64,000 nucleotides of DNA from the IMG/VR virus record IMGVR_UViG_3300028800_002449. One strand, 5' to 3'. Shown piece by piece: positions 16,954-24,149 of the stretch (positions are counted from its first letter, which is position 1; every line of letters begins with the position of its first letter). The notes under the pieces are model-generated. The model was not told the origin of the DNA, ran no database searches, and saw nothing but the letters and a program-made list of their open reading frames with translations. The position numbers and the translations under genes were made by a program. The stretch comes from a virus.

Positions 16954-17749
16954 TAACATGTTTACGAGACCTACATGCCTTCACCTCTAAGACGGTTTTC
17001 TTAACATGCTCTTCATGCCATAGGGGTTGAAGGTTCCTGAAGTGACAAGCTTTCAAAAGCTGAACACCATCAGAAAGATTAAACCCTGACAGCGGCTCTT
17101 TGTGATCGATTTGCCACTTACCAGGACCCCGGCCCCAGTTCTCCCAGCTCATTCCGATCTGCCATAAAGATTCAATGTACTTTCTAAGTTCGCTAGCACT
17201 GCATCCAAGATTTTTAATTGCTGAGCCGGCACGTCTCTTTCCTTGTAAGCGAACAATGTCAGCCAGTCGTGTGCGGAGCTGCCTACACATTCGATACTGC
17301 ACGTCAGAACGTGATTTATCCCTGACATAACGACTCAGTTTTTCCCTATTCAGATGAATGTATCGCTTGGAATAGCTAATGACGTGGTCGAGGTTGTTTT
17401 TCCTCCATGTCGCCATCCAAGTTTTTCTCTTCTTGCCGTTTTTAAGCCTGTAACTTCTGTCAAGCTCCTTGACATGCTCTGGATTTCTTTTCCTCCATGC
17501 CCTTACTTGTTCCCTGGATCGTTCCGGGTTTAGCCTACGGAATTTTGTACAGGCCTTTGCAGAGCACTCACGACAAGATGAATAGAGTCCGCTTGGTCTT
17601 CTACGATCGGGAGTGAACTTGGTGATGAGTCTTCGTTTCTTGCACGAAGCACATTTCTTTCTTTTAGTAGTTCGTAAGAAATTCAATGACTCAGGATTCA
17701 CCGGGGCGATCTTTCCTGCGTTCTTTGTTTTCCAGTCGCTTGGCAGCAT
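16916..17749 (-). CDS. HNH homing endonuclease
   Basis: C-terminal WQIDHKEPLS...GFNL...NLQPLWHEEH (HNH motif); the gene is markedly AT-richer than its flanks and its 3' end overlaps the 5' half of tRNA-Thr(CGT). Confidence 0.6.
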   Translation of the reverse strand: MLPSDWKTKNAGKIAPVNPESLNFLRTTKRKKCASCKKRRLITKFTPDRRRPSGLYSSCRECSAKACTKFRRLNPERSREQVRAWRKRNPEHVKELDRSYRLKNGKKRKTWMATWRKNNLDHVISYSKRYIHLNREKLSRYVRDKSRSDVQYRMCRQLRTRLADIVRLQGKRRAGSAIKNLGCSASELRKYIESLWQIGMSWENWGRGPGKWQIDHKEPLSGFNLSDGVQLLKACHFRNLQPLWHEEHVKKTVLEVKACRSRKHVSPRSSFGRATVS

Positions 17750-17750
17750 T
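16955..17750 (-). mobile_element. AT-rich HNH-endonuclease insertion within the tRNA array (freestanding homing-endonuclease-like cassette)
   Basis: Sharp GC drop relative to flanking tRNA DNA; HNH ORF; abuts tRNA genes on both sides. Confidence 0.4.
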
Positions 17751-18365
17751 GTGGGCTCTGTCGTAGCTCCACCCCTTGCGCATCAGTTCAGTTTCATGAC
17801 ATTCATGCAGCAGGACGTAGGGCCATTCGGCCTCAGGCACGTGCCAGTCGACCCACAGCTCACCCTTCGGCACGAAGCCATACCGGAACTCGTTGCCGCC
17901 CTGGATGAAAGCGCAGTCGATCGCCCGAACATGCAGGCCGTCGACCAGGTAGACCTTCAAGCCGTGCTTGCAGGTCATGTCGGCGTCCTTCTTCCAAGGC
18001 GCCTTCTTGCTCGACTTCATCCTCGCAAGACGCGCTTCTTTTTTCCGGTCCGCGTCCTCGACCTTCTTGGCCTTGTCGTAGGCGCCGACGAAGGTGCCAT
18101 TGCCCTTCCGGAGTGACTCGGCCTGTCGGCATTCGTTGTCGATCAGATGGTGGACCTCCTTCGGCAGCACCGCCCAGTCGATCCAGATCTCACCCTTCGG
18201 GATGTACGTCGCGTTCCAGCCCGAGCCCTGCACGAAGTCGCTGTCGATGTTGTTCCTCACGTAGGTCCCGTCCACGAGGTGGACCTTCAGACCATGCACG
18301 CATGACACCTGCGCGCCGCGCAGCGTCAGTGGCCGTTTCGCAAGGCCGCGCATGTGCTTGTTCAT
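17691..18365 (-). CDS. hypothetical protein built from two tandem copies of a roughly 95-aa domain
   Basis: Repeats CVHGLKVHLVDGTYVRN...PKGEIWIDW and CKHGLKVYLVDGLHVRA...PKGELWVDW; start re-called at MNKHMRG. Confidence 0.5.
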   Translation of the reverse strand: MNKHMRGLAKRPLTLRGAQVSCVHGLKVHLVDGTYVRNNIDSDFVQGSGWNATYIPKGEIWIDWAVLPKEVHHLIDNECRQAESLRKGNGTFVGAYDKAKKVEDADRKKEARLARMKSSKKAPWKKDADMTCKHGLKVYLVDGLHVRAIDCAFIQGGNEFRYGFVPKGELWVDWHVPEAEWPYVLLHECHETELMRKGWSYDRAHNAAKRLENKERRKDRPGES

Positions 18366-18384
18366 GCTTCGAGAGAATATCACT

Positions 18385-18460
18385 TGGAGCCGACGGCGTG
18401 AATCGAACACGCGACCTCTCCCTTACCAAGGGAGCACTCTTCCACCTGAGCTACGCCGGC
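18385..18460 (-). tRNA. tRNA-Thr(GGT), encoded CCA
   Basis: Anticodon arm CTCCC-TTGGTAA-GGGAG. Confidence 0.7.
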
Positions 18461-18469
18461 AAGAAATTG

Positions 18470-18540
18470 AGCACCGTGCGAGATTCGAACTCGCATCTCT
18501 GACTTGGAAGGCCAGGTCCTAACCACTCGGACAACGGTGC
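18470..18540 (-). tRNA. tRNA-Gly(TCC)
   Basis: Anticodon arm CTGGC-CTTCCAA-GTCAG; 71 nt. Confidence 0.65.
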
Positions 18541-18548
18541 AAAAACTG

Positions 18549-18622
18549 AGCGGATGACGAGACTCGAACTCGCGAACCTCCTCGATGGCAACGAGGCGCT
18601 CTACCAACTGAGCTACATCCGC
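18549..18622 (-). tRNA. tRNA-Gly(GCC)
   Basis: Anticodon arm CCTCG-TTGCCAT-CGAGG. Confidence 0.7.
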
Positions 18623-18965
18623 AAAAATAGGCGCCCAGTTTCGGAAGGGACGACCGGGCGGCGTCGCGACGAGGCCTAATCCTCGCCTTGCAGTGACTTC
18701 CTTGAGGTCGGCCGTACGAGGTTCGAAAAACCTTGTGACGCTTGGGTCCTCCAACGTGAAGTCGTCCTGGTCCTGTCAGAACGAAAGACACGTTTTCCAA
18801 GCTCGCCGTCAGGATCATGTGACGGACTGGGCCTTCCGCGGCGCCGCGTGAGCTTTCGAAGGACAGGTTCTGCTTTCCCACTCGGGGACAGCCCCGTCCA
18901 GGAAGGTAGATGACACCTTCCACCCACGCAGGATTCAAGGAGACATCACTCCTCGCCCGCAGCAT

Positions 18966-19039
18966 TGGAGACGACGGCGAGAATCGGACTCGCGATGGGG
19001 GTTTTGCAGACCCCTGCCTTGCCGCTTGGCTACGTCGTC
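18966..19039 (-). tRNA. tRNA-Cys(GCA), encoded CCA
   Basis: Anticodon arm GGGGT-CTGCAAA-ACCCC; acceptor GACGACG. Confidence 0.7.
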
Positions 19040-19048
19040 ATGAACCAG

Positions 19049-19137
19049 AGGAAGCGGAGAGAATCGAACTCTCGGAGCCCGTGAAGGCCCGTCCGGATAG
19101 CAACCGGGTGCAGCGAACCAACATCTACCTCGCTTCC
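19049..19137 (-). tRNA. tRNA-Ser(GCT), class II
   Basis: 89 nt; anticodon loop TTGCTAT; long variable arm; acceptor GGAAGCG. Confidence 0.65.
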
Positions 19138-19139
19138 AG

Positions 19140-19226
19140 AAGAGAGAGTGAGATTCGAACTCACGGACGTTTTCCAACGCCTCCAGTTTTCAAGACTGGC
19201 GCCTTAAGCCGCTCGGCCATCTCTCC
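19140..19226 (-). tRNA. tRNA-Ser(TGA), class II
   Basis: Near-identical to E. coli tRNA-Ser: GGAGAGATGGCCGAGCGG...CCAG-TCTTGAAA-ACTGG... Confidence 0.8.
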
Positions 19227-19418
19227 AAAATTAGACTCGGCCGGAGGCCCCGTCCCTCCGTGCTTCATCGGGCCGCGATCGGACGACATCACTGTTCATC
19301 TACACTGCCAGCTGGCCGAGAAGCAGAAATAACTCTCGGCCTGCGGATCCTCCCCTACTCCCCAGCGTATCGATGAGAGCGACACGCCACCATTCCGCAG
19401 GCCGAGAAAACAGACGAG

Positions 19419-19491
19419 TGGAGCTGACCGGACTCGAACCGGCCACCTCTCCCTTGCGAAGGGAGCGCTCTTCCAGATGAGCTACAGCCCC
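19419..19491 (-). tRNA. tRNA-Ala(CGC) with the G3:U70 identity pair
   Basis: Acceptor GGGGCTG/CAGCTCC (G3-U70); anticodon arm CTCCC-TTCGCAA-GGGAG. Confidence 0.75.
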
Positions 19492-19706
19492 GAGAGCTTG
19501 ACGAACGAATGGTGCCGGAGCGCCCTCACGAGCGTCGAGTTCATCGACTTCGTCTTCTTCGTGTGAGGAGGGAGCTTCAACGGCATCACGTCTTCGAAGA
19601 GCGCCGCGCAGTAGATGCATCGCTTGACCCCTGGCTCCCAGGGATCGTCATCGAACGCGTGAACGCATGGTGCGAACAGGACGCCTTTTCTCATCATGTT
19701 TGGCAT
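19482..19706 (-). CDS. small Cys-containing protein (74 aa) driven by the conserved promoter element
   Basis: ORF track; upstream (reverse complement of 19742-19775) lies CTATCTTGTATTTTG...AAGAT, close to the 12343 promoter. Confidence 0.4.
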   Translation of the reverse strand: MPNMMRKGVLFAPCVHAFDDDPWEPGVKRCIYCAALFEDVMPLKLPPHTKKTKSMNSTLVRALRHHSFVKLSGL

Positions 19707-19741
19707 TGGGTAGCCTGAACTTAAAGTCGATCTCTCTTATG

Positions 19742-19775
19742 GCAAGTAAGATAATTTGGATCTTTTTCAAAATAC
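19742..19775 (-). promoter_or_regulatory. conserved promoter-like element (reverse complement reads TATCTTGTATTTTGAAAAAGATC)
   Basis: Shares the TATyTTGTATTTTG block with the 12343 promoter. Confidence 0.35.
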
Positions 19776-19828
19776 AAGATAGCCACGATCCCTACAGGTA
19801 ACACGGGAAAAACCCCCTGTTTTTAGTG

Positions 19829-19902
19829 TGGCGGGCACCCCAGGATTCGAACCCGGTCGGGCGGATTTGGAATCCACCTGGTCGCCGATGACGCTGGTGC
19901 CC
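19829..19902 (-). tRNA. tRNA-Trp(CCA), compact (71 nt), encoded CCA
   Basis: Anticodon arm GTGGA-TTCCAAA-TCCGC; short D-arm. Confidence 0.6.
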
Positions 19903-19929
19903 TCGTATCGAGTAAGCCGAAACACCTCG

Positions 19930-20002
19930 TGGAGTCGACCGGACTCGAACCGGCCACCTTCCGCATGCCATGCGGACGCTCTTCCAGATGAGCTACGACC
20001 CC
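19930..20002 (-). tRNA. tRNA-Ala(GGC) with G3:U70
   Basis: Acceptor GGGGTCG/CGACTCC; anticodon arm TCCGC-ATGGCAT-GCGGA. Confidence 0.7.
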
Positions 20003-20060
20003 GTCCTGCTGAAACACCTTCTCAGGTCGAGAGGGTTTTCCCTCACGCTGAAAAACCCGG

Positions 20061-20133
20061 TCGGGGCGAGAGGGATCGAACCTCCTGCCTCATGCTCCCA
20101 AAGCACGCGCTCTACCAAATGAGCTACGCCCCG
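20061..20133 (-). tRNA. tRNA-Pro(TGG)
   Basis: Anticodon arm CGTGC-TTTGGGA-GCATG. Confidence 0.7.
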
Positions 20134-20140
20134 AAGAAAT

Positions 20141-20218
20141 TGGGGTGGACGACGAGACTTGAACTCGCTTGACACTGGTTCACAGCCAGTGGGCTCGACC
20201 GCTTCGCCCTCGTCCACC
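20141..20218 (-). tRNA. tRNA-His(GTG) with an encoded G-1 and CCA
   Basis: Anticodon arm ACTGG-CTGTGAA-CCAGT; extra 5' G opposite discriminator C73. Confidence 0.75.
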
Positions 20219-20233
20219 AGAAGATTCATAAGC

Positions 20234-20282
20234 CCCTTCGGCCTTCAGCGCACCTCGTGGGGGAGCTTCAGGCCGAAGAGGT
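20234..20282. repeat. 8-bp-stem hairpin CTTCGGCC...GGCCGAAG in a tRNA spacer
   Basis: Inverted repeat read directly; no U-tract follows. Confidence 0.3.
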
Positions 20283-20283
20283 T

Positions 20284-20356
20284 AGTAGGACCGGGCAGAT
20301 TCGAACTGCCGACCTTTCGCTTATCAAGCGAACGCTCTGCCAACTGAGCTACGGTC
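20284..20356 (-). tRNA. tRNA-Ile(GAT)
   Basis: Anticodon arm TTCGC-TTGATAA-GCGAA. Confidence 0.75.
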
Positions 20357-20364
20357 CCGTGCTG

Positions 20365-20514
20365 CTACTTCAAGCTGATGAGGAAAGCGGCCAAGCCGGC
20401 TATGAAAGCCCCCTTGCCGAGTTCAGCCAGCTTCCCGCTGCTGACGCCATAAACGACCGCGCCGACGACGGCCACAATTCCTGATATTCCGAGTGTGATG
20501 TGCATGAAGTCCAT
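20365..20514 (-). CDS. 49-aa single-pass membrane peptide (MDFMHITLGISGIVAVVGAVV...)
   Basis: C-terminal segment of track ORF 20365..20757, which upstream runs through tRNA genes. Confidence 0.3.
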   Translation of the reverse strand: MDFMHITLGISGIVAVVGAVVYGVSSGKLAELGKGAFIAGLAAFLISLK

Positions 20515-20531
20515 CCTATCATCTCGTGGAA

Positions 20532-20604
20532 TAGAGGGAGTGGGACACGATCCCACGACGTGCCGCTTATAAAGTGGCTGCTCTTCCGGCTGAGCTATCC
20601 CTCC
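20532..20604 (-). tRNA. tRNA-Ile-like with anticodon TAT and a non-canonical T-loop (ATCGTGT)
   Basis: Anticodon loop TTTATAA, A:C mismatch in the anticodon stem, T-loop lacks A58. Confidence 0.45.
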
Positions 20605-20609
20605 ACTTG

Positions 20610-20681
20610 TCGGGGTGAGAGGAATCGAACCTCCGACCTTCTGTTCCCGAAACAGACGCGCTACCCCTGCGCTACACCCCG
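20610..20681 (-). tRNA. tRNA-Pro(CGG)
   Basis: Anticodon arm TCTGT-TTCGGGA-ACAGA. Confidence 0.7.
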
Positions 20682-20767
20682 TTGGTCGGAGAGCTGATTG
20701 GTTTATTCTCCAGCGCCGTAGTTTTCCGTCTACGGACTTATGACTCAGAAGAGCCACTATTCTCCGA

Positions 20768-20844
20768 TGGTGCCCGGGGAGGGAATCGAACCCTCTACCT
20801 TTCCCTCTTCAGGGGAACGCTCTACCAAGTGAGCTACACCGGGC
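20768..20844 (-). tRNA. tRNA-Phe(GAA), encoded CCA
   Basis: Anticodon arm TTCCC-CTGAAGA-GGGAA; T-arm GAGGG-TTCGATT-CCCTC. Confidence 0.7.
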
Positions 20845-20849
20845 GTAAT

Positions 20850-20895
20850 CGCGGTGGTGGCTTCCACCGCGCCCATGATTTTCTATTTGATTTTC
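20850..20895 (+). terminator. GC hairpin (CGCGGTGG...CCACCGCG) followed by a T-rich tract; putative terminator
   Basis: 8-bp GC stem followed by CCCATGATTTTCTATTTGATTTT. Confidence 0.3.
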
Positions 20896-20924
20896 ACAGA
20901 ACCAGCCACCTGCCGATGGCGGAG

Positions 20925-20997
20925 TACCGAGGGAAGGGCTCGAACCTTCAATCTGCTGGGCCAGAACCAGCCGTCCTGCCAATTAGACCACCTCGGT
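20925..20997 (-). tRNA. tRNA-Gln(CTG)
   Basis: Anticodon arm GCTGG-TTCTGGC-CCAGC. Confidence 0.7.
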
Positions 20998-21006
20998 ATG
21001 TACTGT

Positions 21007-21077
21007 CCTCAGGGAACGATTCGAACGTTCATAGGCGGGTCCAAAGTCCGCCGTCCTGCCGTTAGACGACCTGAGGA
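21007..21077 (-). tRNA. tRNA-Gln(TTG)
   Basis: Anticodon loop CTTTGGA; paralog of the adjacent Gln(CTG). Confidence 0.6.
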
Positions 21078-21148
21078 TGTCGATGTGGATGCATCGACCC
21101 TCGTTGTCGCTCACGTCGCATGTTGATCTCCTCGTTCATTTTCATCCG

Positions 21149-21223
21149 TGGGCTGAGAGGGACTCGAACCCTCGACCGTTCGCTTAAGAGGCGACTGCTC
21201 TAATCCAACTGAGCTACCAGCCC
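21149..21223 (-). tRNA. tRNA-Lys(CTT)
   Basis: Anticodon loop CTCTTAA; T-arm GAGGG-TTCGAGT-CCCTC. Confidence 0.65.
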
Positions 21224-21365
21224 GTTCCGCTGCTTCCTCTGCTTCCTCGCGTCGATACTCCTCCGTGTACTCGTCGTAGATCTTCCTGTTGCTCGGGTCA
21301 GCCAAGAACTCTTCGATGTAGCTCGTCGCTCGGGATTTCCTCAGCTTCGTCAGCTCATCCATATC

Positions 21366-21479
21366 TCAATGCTTCTTGTCGCAGTCCTTGTCGTCGCTCG
21401 TCCACGTGCATGTCGCCGTCGTGCAGATCCTGCGCACGTAGACGACGATCGTTTCTCCATTGCAGCAGGGACATTTCAT
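21366..21479 (-). CDS. 37-aa Zn-ribbon mini-protein (MKCPCCNGETIVVYVRRICTTATC...)
   Basis: Hand-called ORF between tRNA-Lys genes; CPCC...C..C. Confidence 0.25.
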   Translation of the reverse strand: MKCPCCNGETIVVYVRRICTTATCTWTSDDKDCDKKH

Positions 21480-21484
21480 CTCGG

Positions 21485-21557
21485 TGCCCTCGGTCGGATT
21501 CGAACCGACGATTCAGCGCTTAAAAGGCGCGGGTGATGGCCGCTTCACTACGAGGGC
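21485..21557 (-). tRNA. tRNA-Lys(TTT)
   Basis: Anticodon loop CTTTTAA; D-stem GTGA/TCAC. Confidence 0.65.
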
Positions 21558-21629
21558 GAACGGATTCGCTCGCCCTGCGTTTGCTTTCTGCCAACCTCTG
21601 CTTCGTCATACTCATGTCGTTTCTTTTCG

Positions 21630-21714
21630 TGGGAGCTGAAGGACTCGAACCTTCGAAGGTCGCGATGACCGCCTGGTTTACAGCCAAGTTCTTTTGCCGC
21701 TTAGAAAAGCTCCC
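21630..21714 (-). tRNA. tRNA-Tyr(GTA), class II
   Basis: 85 nt; anticodon arm CTTGG-CTGTAAA-CCAGG; long variable arm. Confidence 0.7.
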
Positions 21715-21751
21715 ATGTTGATGTCGATGTCTCTGTCGGCTCCCCTGGAAC

Positions 21752-21789
21752 GAAAAAAGCCGCCTCGGATTTTATCCCGGGCGGCTTCG
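21752..21789 (-). terminator. factor-independent terminator (minus sense GAAGCCGCC...GGCGGCTTTTTTCG) upstream of the tRNA array
   Basis: 8-bp GC stem followed by a T6 run when read on the minus strand. Confidence 0.55.
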
Positions 21790-21818
21790 ACAGATCCTGG
21801 AGAGTCCCCAGTTTCTGT

Positions 21819-22010
21819 CTAGCCGCCTCCTCCTTCGTTCTGGATCTCGGGGCGGAGGATGTGCCCTGAGATCCACTGGCTGTCCATGGCCGCGGTCGGA
21901 CCGAAGGCATAGACGCGCTTCGTGCTGAGGACGCACGACAGGACCACATGCGAGGACGATGTTCTCGTCACGCCTTGATGGGCCTGCGCTATGTGCTTTT
22001 TGGAAAACAT
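21819..22010 (-). CDS. small hypothetical protein (63 aa)
   Basis: ORF track; divergent from the plus-strand operon. Confidence 0.35.
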   Translation of the reverse strand: MFSKKHIAQAHQGVTRTSSSHVVLSCVLSTKRVYAFGPTAAMDSQWISGHILRPEIQNEGGGG

Positions 22011-22173
22011 GACTGCGATGCTCCAACAGACTGAACTATCAGTCGCCTACCGGTCAAGAGAAAAAATAAAACTTTCTCTCGGACGAACAGGGTGCGACCA
22101 CTGACAGGCAATACGCTGCACTACATGCGGTCACATCTTCGGTCTCGGTCGTTGCCACTTCGACAAAATAAAA

Positions 22174-22203
22174 GTTGACAGCTAGTCCGAATGACAAGAT
22201 AGT
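22174..22203 (+). promoter_or_regulatory. sigma70-like promoter: -35 TTGACA, 17-nt spacer, -10 GATAGT
   Basis: Read directly; direct repeat CACTTCGACAAAA at 22158 and 22219. Confidence 0.5.
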
Positions 22204-22214
22204 CACTTGGACAA

Positions 22215-22643
22215 ATGGTCACTTCGACAAAAATGGTGGACAAGAACGGCGTCGTCAAGCGCTGGTCCTACAAGCAGCTCAACGGCACCAGCCTTCAGCC
22301 GTTCCTCGCTGGCGGCTTCGCCCGACACGTCCACGTCCTCCTGTTTCGTGGAGACATGAAGGAGGTCGCCAGGCTCACCTCCGACATGACCCCGCTCGAT
22401 AGAACAGCGGTCAAAGTGGCGATCCAAGAAGATTACGCCCTCTACGAGTTCTATACGGTCTCCTTCGCTCCGGGACGAGAATTCGTCACTCTGGAAGACT
22501 GTGCAACAGCATGGGAAGCAGCCGGTGCGCCCGGCGACGTGGTCGTCATGAAAAACGTCTATGACCACAAGGAGAACGAGTACCGAGGTGTCGACTCCCT
22601 CAACCTCGACGGCTCCGTCTATGGCGTTGTCCCTACCCTCTGA
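22215..22643 (+). CDS. hypothetical protein (142 aa)
   Basis: ORF track; first gene after the promoter. Confidence 0.5.
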   Translation: MVTSTKMVDKNGVVKRWSYKQLNGTSLQPFLAGGFARHVHVLLFRGDMKEVARLTSDMTPLDRTAVKVAIQEDYALYEFYTVSFAPGREFVTLEDCATAWEAAGAPGDVVVMKNVYDHKENEYRGVDSLNLDGSVYGVVPTL

Positions 22644-22657
22644 CGCTTTAGGAACCC

Positions 22658-23386
22658 ATGCCCCACTACAAGTACCCAAGGCCGGCAGTCACCGTCGACG
22701 TCGTCGTGTTCGGAGTGCAGCTGACAGGCGAAGAGCGAGGACTCCGCGTTTTGCTCATCCGACGGAAGAACCCGCCCTTCAAGGGCAAGCTCGCCATCCC
22801 CGGCGGGTTCCTCAACCTTGCCGAGTCGCTCGACGCCGCAGCCTTCAGAGAACTTCTGGAGGAGACTGGCATCAAGCCAGCGTACATCGAGCAGTTGTAC
22901 ACCTTCGGAGCACCCAAGCGCGACCCTCGCGAGCGCGTCGTCACCGTCTCGTACCTCACGCTCGTGAAGAGCGAGGAGCACGTGCTCAAGGCAGGCTCCG
23001 ACGCGAAGGAAGCCAAGTGGCTTCGCATCGTCCCCTCAGGTAACAGCTACTTCTTCCCGGGCGCCGAAGTCGCCCCGCAGGGCCTCGCCTTCGACCATGC
23101 CGAGATCCTAGCCAAGGGCGTCGAGCGCCTGCGAAACAAGATCACGTACACAGGCGTCGCGTTCGACCTGCTCCCCGCGGAGTTCACGATGCCACAGCTT
23201 CAGGGCCTCTACGAGATAGTCCTCGGCCGCCAGATCGACAAGGGCAACTTCCGCCGGAAGATGCGCTCGACCGGCGTCCTCAAGGCCCTCGGCAAGAAGA
23301 GCAAGGGCTCGCGAGGGCTCGACCTCTACGCCTTCGACCGCAGCAGGTACGAGAGCACCAAGAACCGCGTCGACTTCAACGTCTAG
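22658..23386 (+). CDS. NUDIX hydrolase (ADP-ribose pyrophosphatase family) with a C-terminal NrtR-like winged-helix region
   Basis: Nudix box GGFLNLAESLDAAAFRELLEETGI (Gx5Ex7REuxEExGu). Confidence 0.7.
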   Translation: MPHYKYPRPAVTVDVVVFGVQLTGEERGLRVLLIRRKNPPFKGKLAIPGGFLNLAESLDAAAFRELLEETGIKPAYIEQLYTFGAPKRDPRERVVTVSYLTLVKSEEHVLKAGSDAKEAKWLRIVPSGNSYFFPGAEVAPQGLAFDHAEILAKGVERLRNKITYTGVAFDLLPAEFTMPQLQGLYEIVLGRQIDKGNFRRKMRSTGVLKALGKKSKGSRGLDLYAFDRSRYESTKNRVDFNV

Positions 23387-23395
23387 GAGGCCCCC

Positions 23396-24124
23396 ATGGC
23401 GATGGCACACAAAGCTCCTACGGCTCACTACAAGCGGACCAACTACATCTCGTTGCACGCCGTCGAGCAGCTGCGACAGCGGATCGGAAAGAAACACGAT
23501 CTTTTCAGCCGAGACAACAGCGACCTGTCCAACGCCATCGACGAGGCCGTATGCATCGGACTCAAGAAGCCCAACGTCGAGAAGTTCGAGTACGAGGGGA
23601 AGCCCAACCTCGGCGTCGACATCTCCGACTTCTTCGGCTTCCCTCTCAAAGCCGTCGTCGCGAAGAACGAGAAGGAAAACTCGCCGTATCGAGCAGCCGT
23701 CGTCACAATCCTCACCGCCAACATGTCCATGAAGAACGACAAGAGCGGTGCATCCTTCGCGGACGCGATCAGCCCCGAGGTCAAAGCCGCTCTCCGCGCA
23801 GCCATCGAGCAAAAGGACGTGCCTGCCCCCGAGCCCCGTGAAGCTGTCGGTGCTGCTGCACCGCCGAAAGCCATCCCGGCTCGCGCGATCGTCGAATCCA
23901 AGCCTTCGAAGATCTCAACACGCGACGTCTCGCCCGATCGCCGCCTCATCACCTACGTCAAGCCCGGCTCGACAGATCTCGTCATCGAAGAGTTCGCTGC
24001 CCCGGGCGACCTGCGCAACCGCATCTTCGATCTCCATCAGAAGGGAACGCCCCTCGCTGAGATCTCCGTCTGGAAGCCTTCCAAGGCCTCCATCGCCATC
24101 GCGCTCGATTTCGAAGAAGGCTGA
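23396..24124 (+). CDS. hypothetical protein (242 aa) between the NUDIX and NadV genes
   Basis: ORF track; co-oriented and tightly spaced. Confidence 0.5.
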   Translation: MAMAHKAPTAHYKRTNYISLHAVEQLRQRIGKKHDLFSRDNSDLSNAIDEAVCIGLKKPNVEKFEYEGKPNLGVDISDFFGFPLKAVVAKNEKENSPYRAAVVTILTANMSMKNDKSGASFADAISPEVKAALRAAIEQKDVPAPEPREAVGAAAPPKAIPARAIVESKPSKISTRDVSPDRRLITYVKPGSTDLVIEEFAAPGDLRNRIFDLHQKGTPLAEISVWKPSKASIAIALDFEEG

Positions 24125-24149
24125 TCGCTCTAGGAAAGGAAGATCCTCC

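Noticed and set aside
18623-18965. RNase P RNA, SRP (4.5S) RNA or 6S RNA in the tRNA-array gap
   Set aside because: The hallmark motifs (GGAAAGTCCGG/ACAGAA for RNase P; GGAAGGAAGCAGCC for SRP) were not found on either strand.
18380-19620. Track ORFs 18380..18754(-), 18519..18965(-), 18910..19332(+), 19300..19620(-)
   Set aside because: They overlap tRNA genes and contain antisense-tRNA translation signatures (AQLVER, GSSPV). None has a start-site context.
21111-21362. 83-aa ORF running through tRNA-Lys(CTT)
   Set aside because: The C-terminal half is translation of the tRNA gene, so it is probably spurious.
22158-22231. Direct repeat CACTTCGACAAAA (two copies 61 nt apart)
   Set aside because: Probably a coincidental feature of the promoter/5'-UTR. 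Only two copies, so not called as a regulatory repeat.
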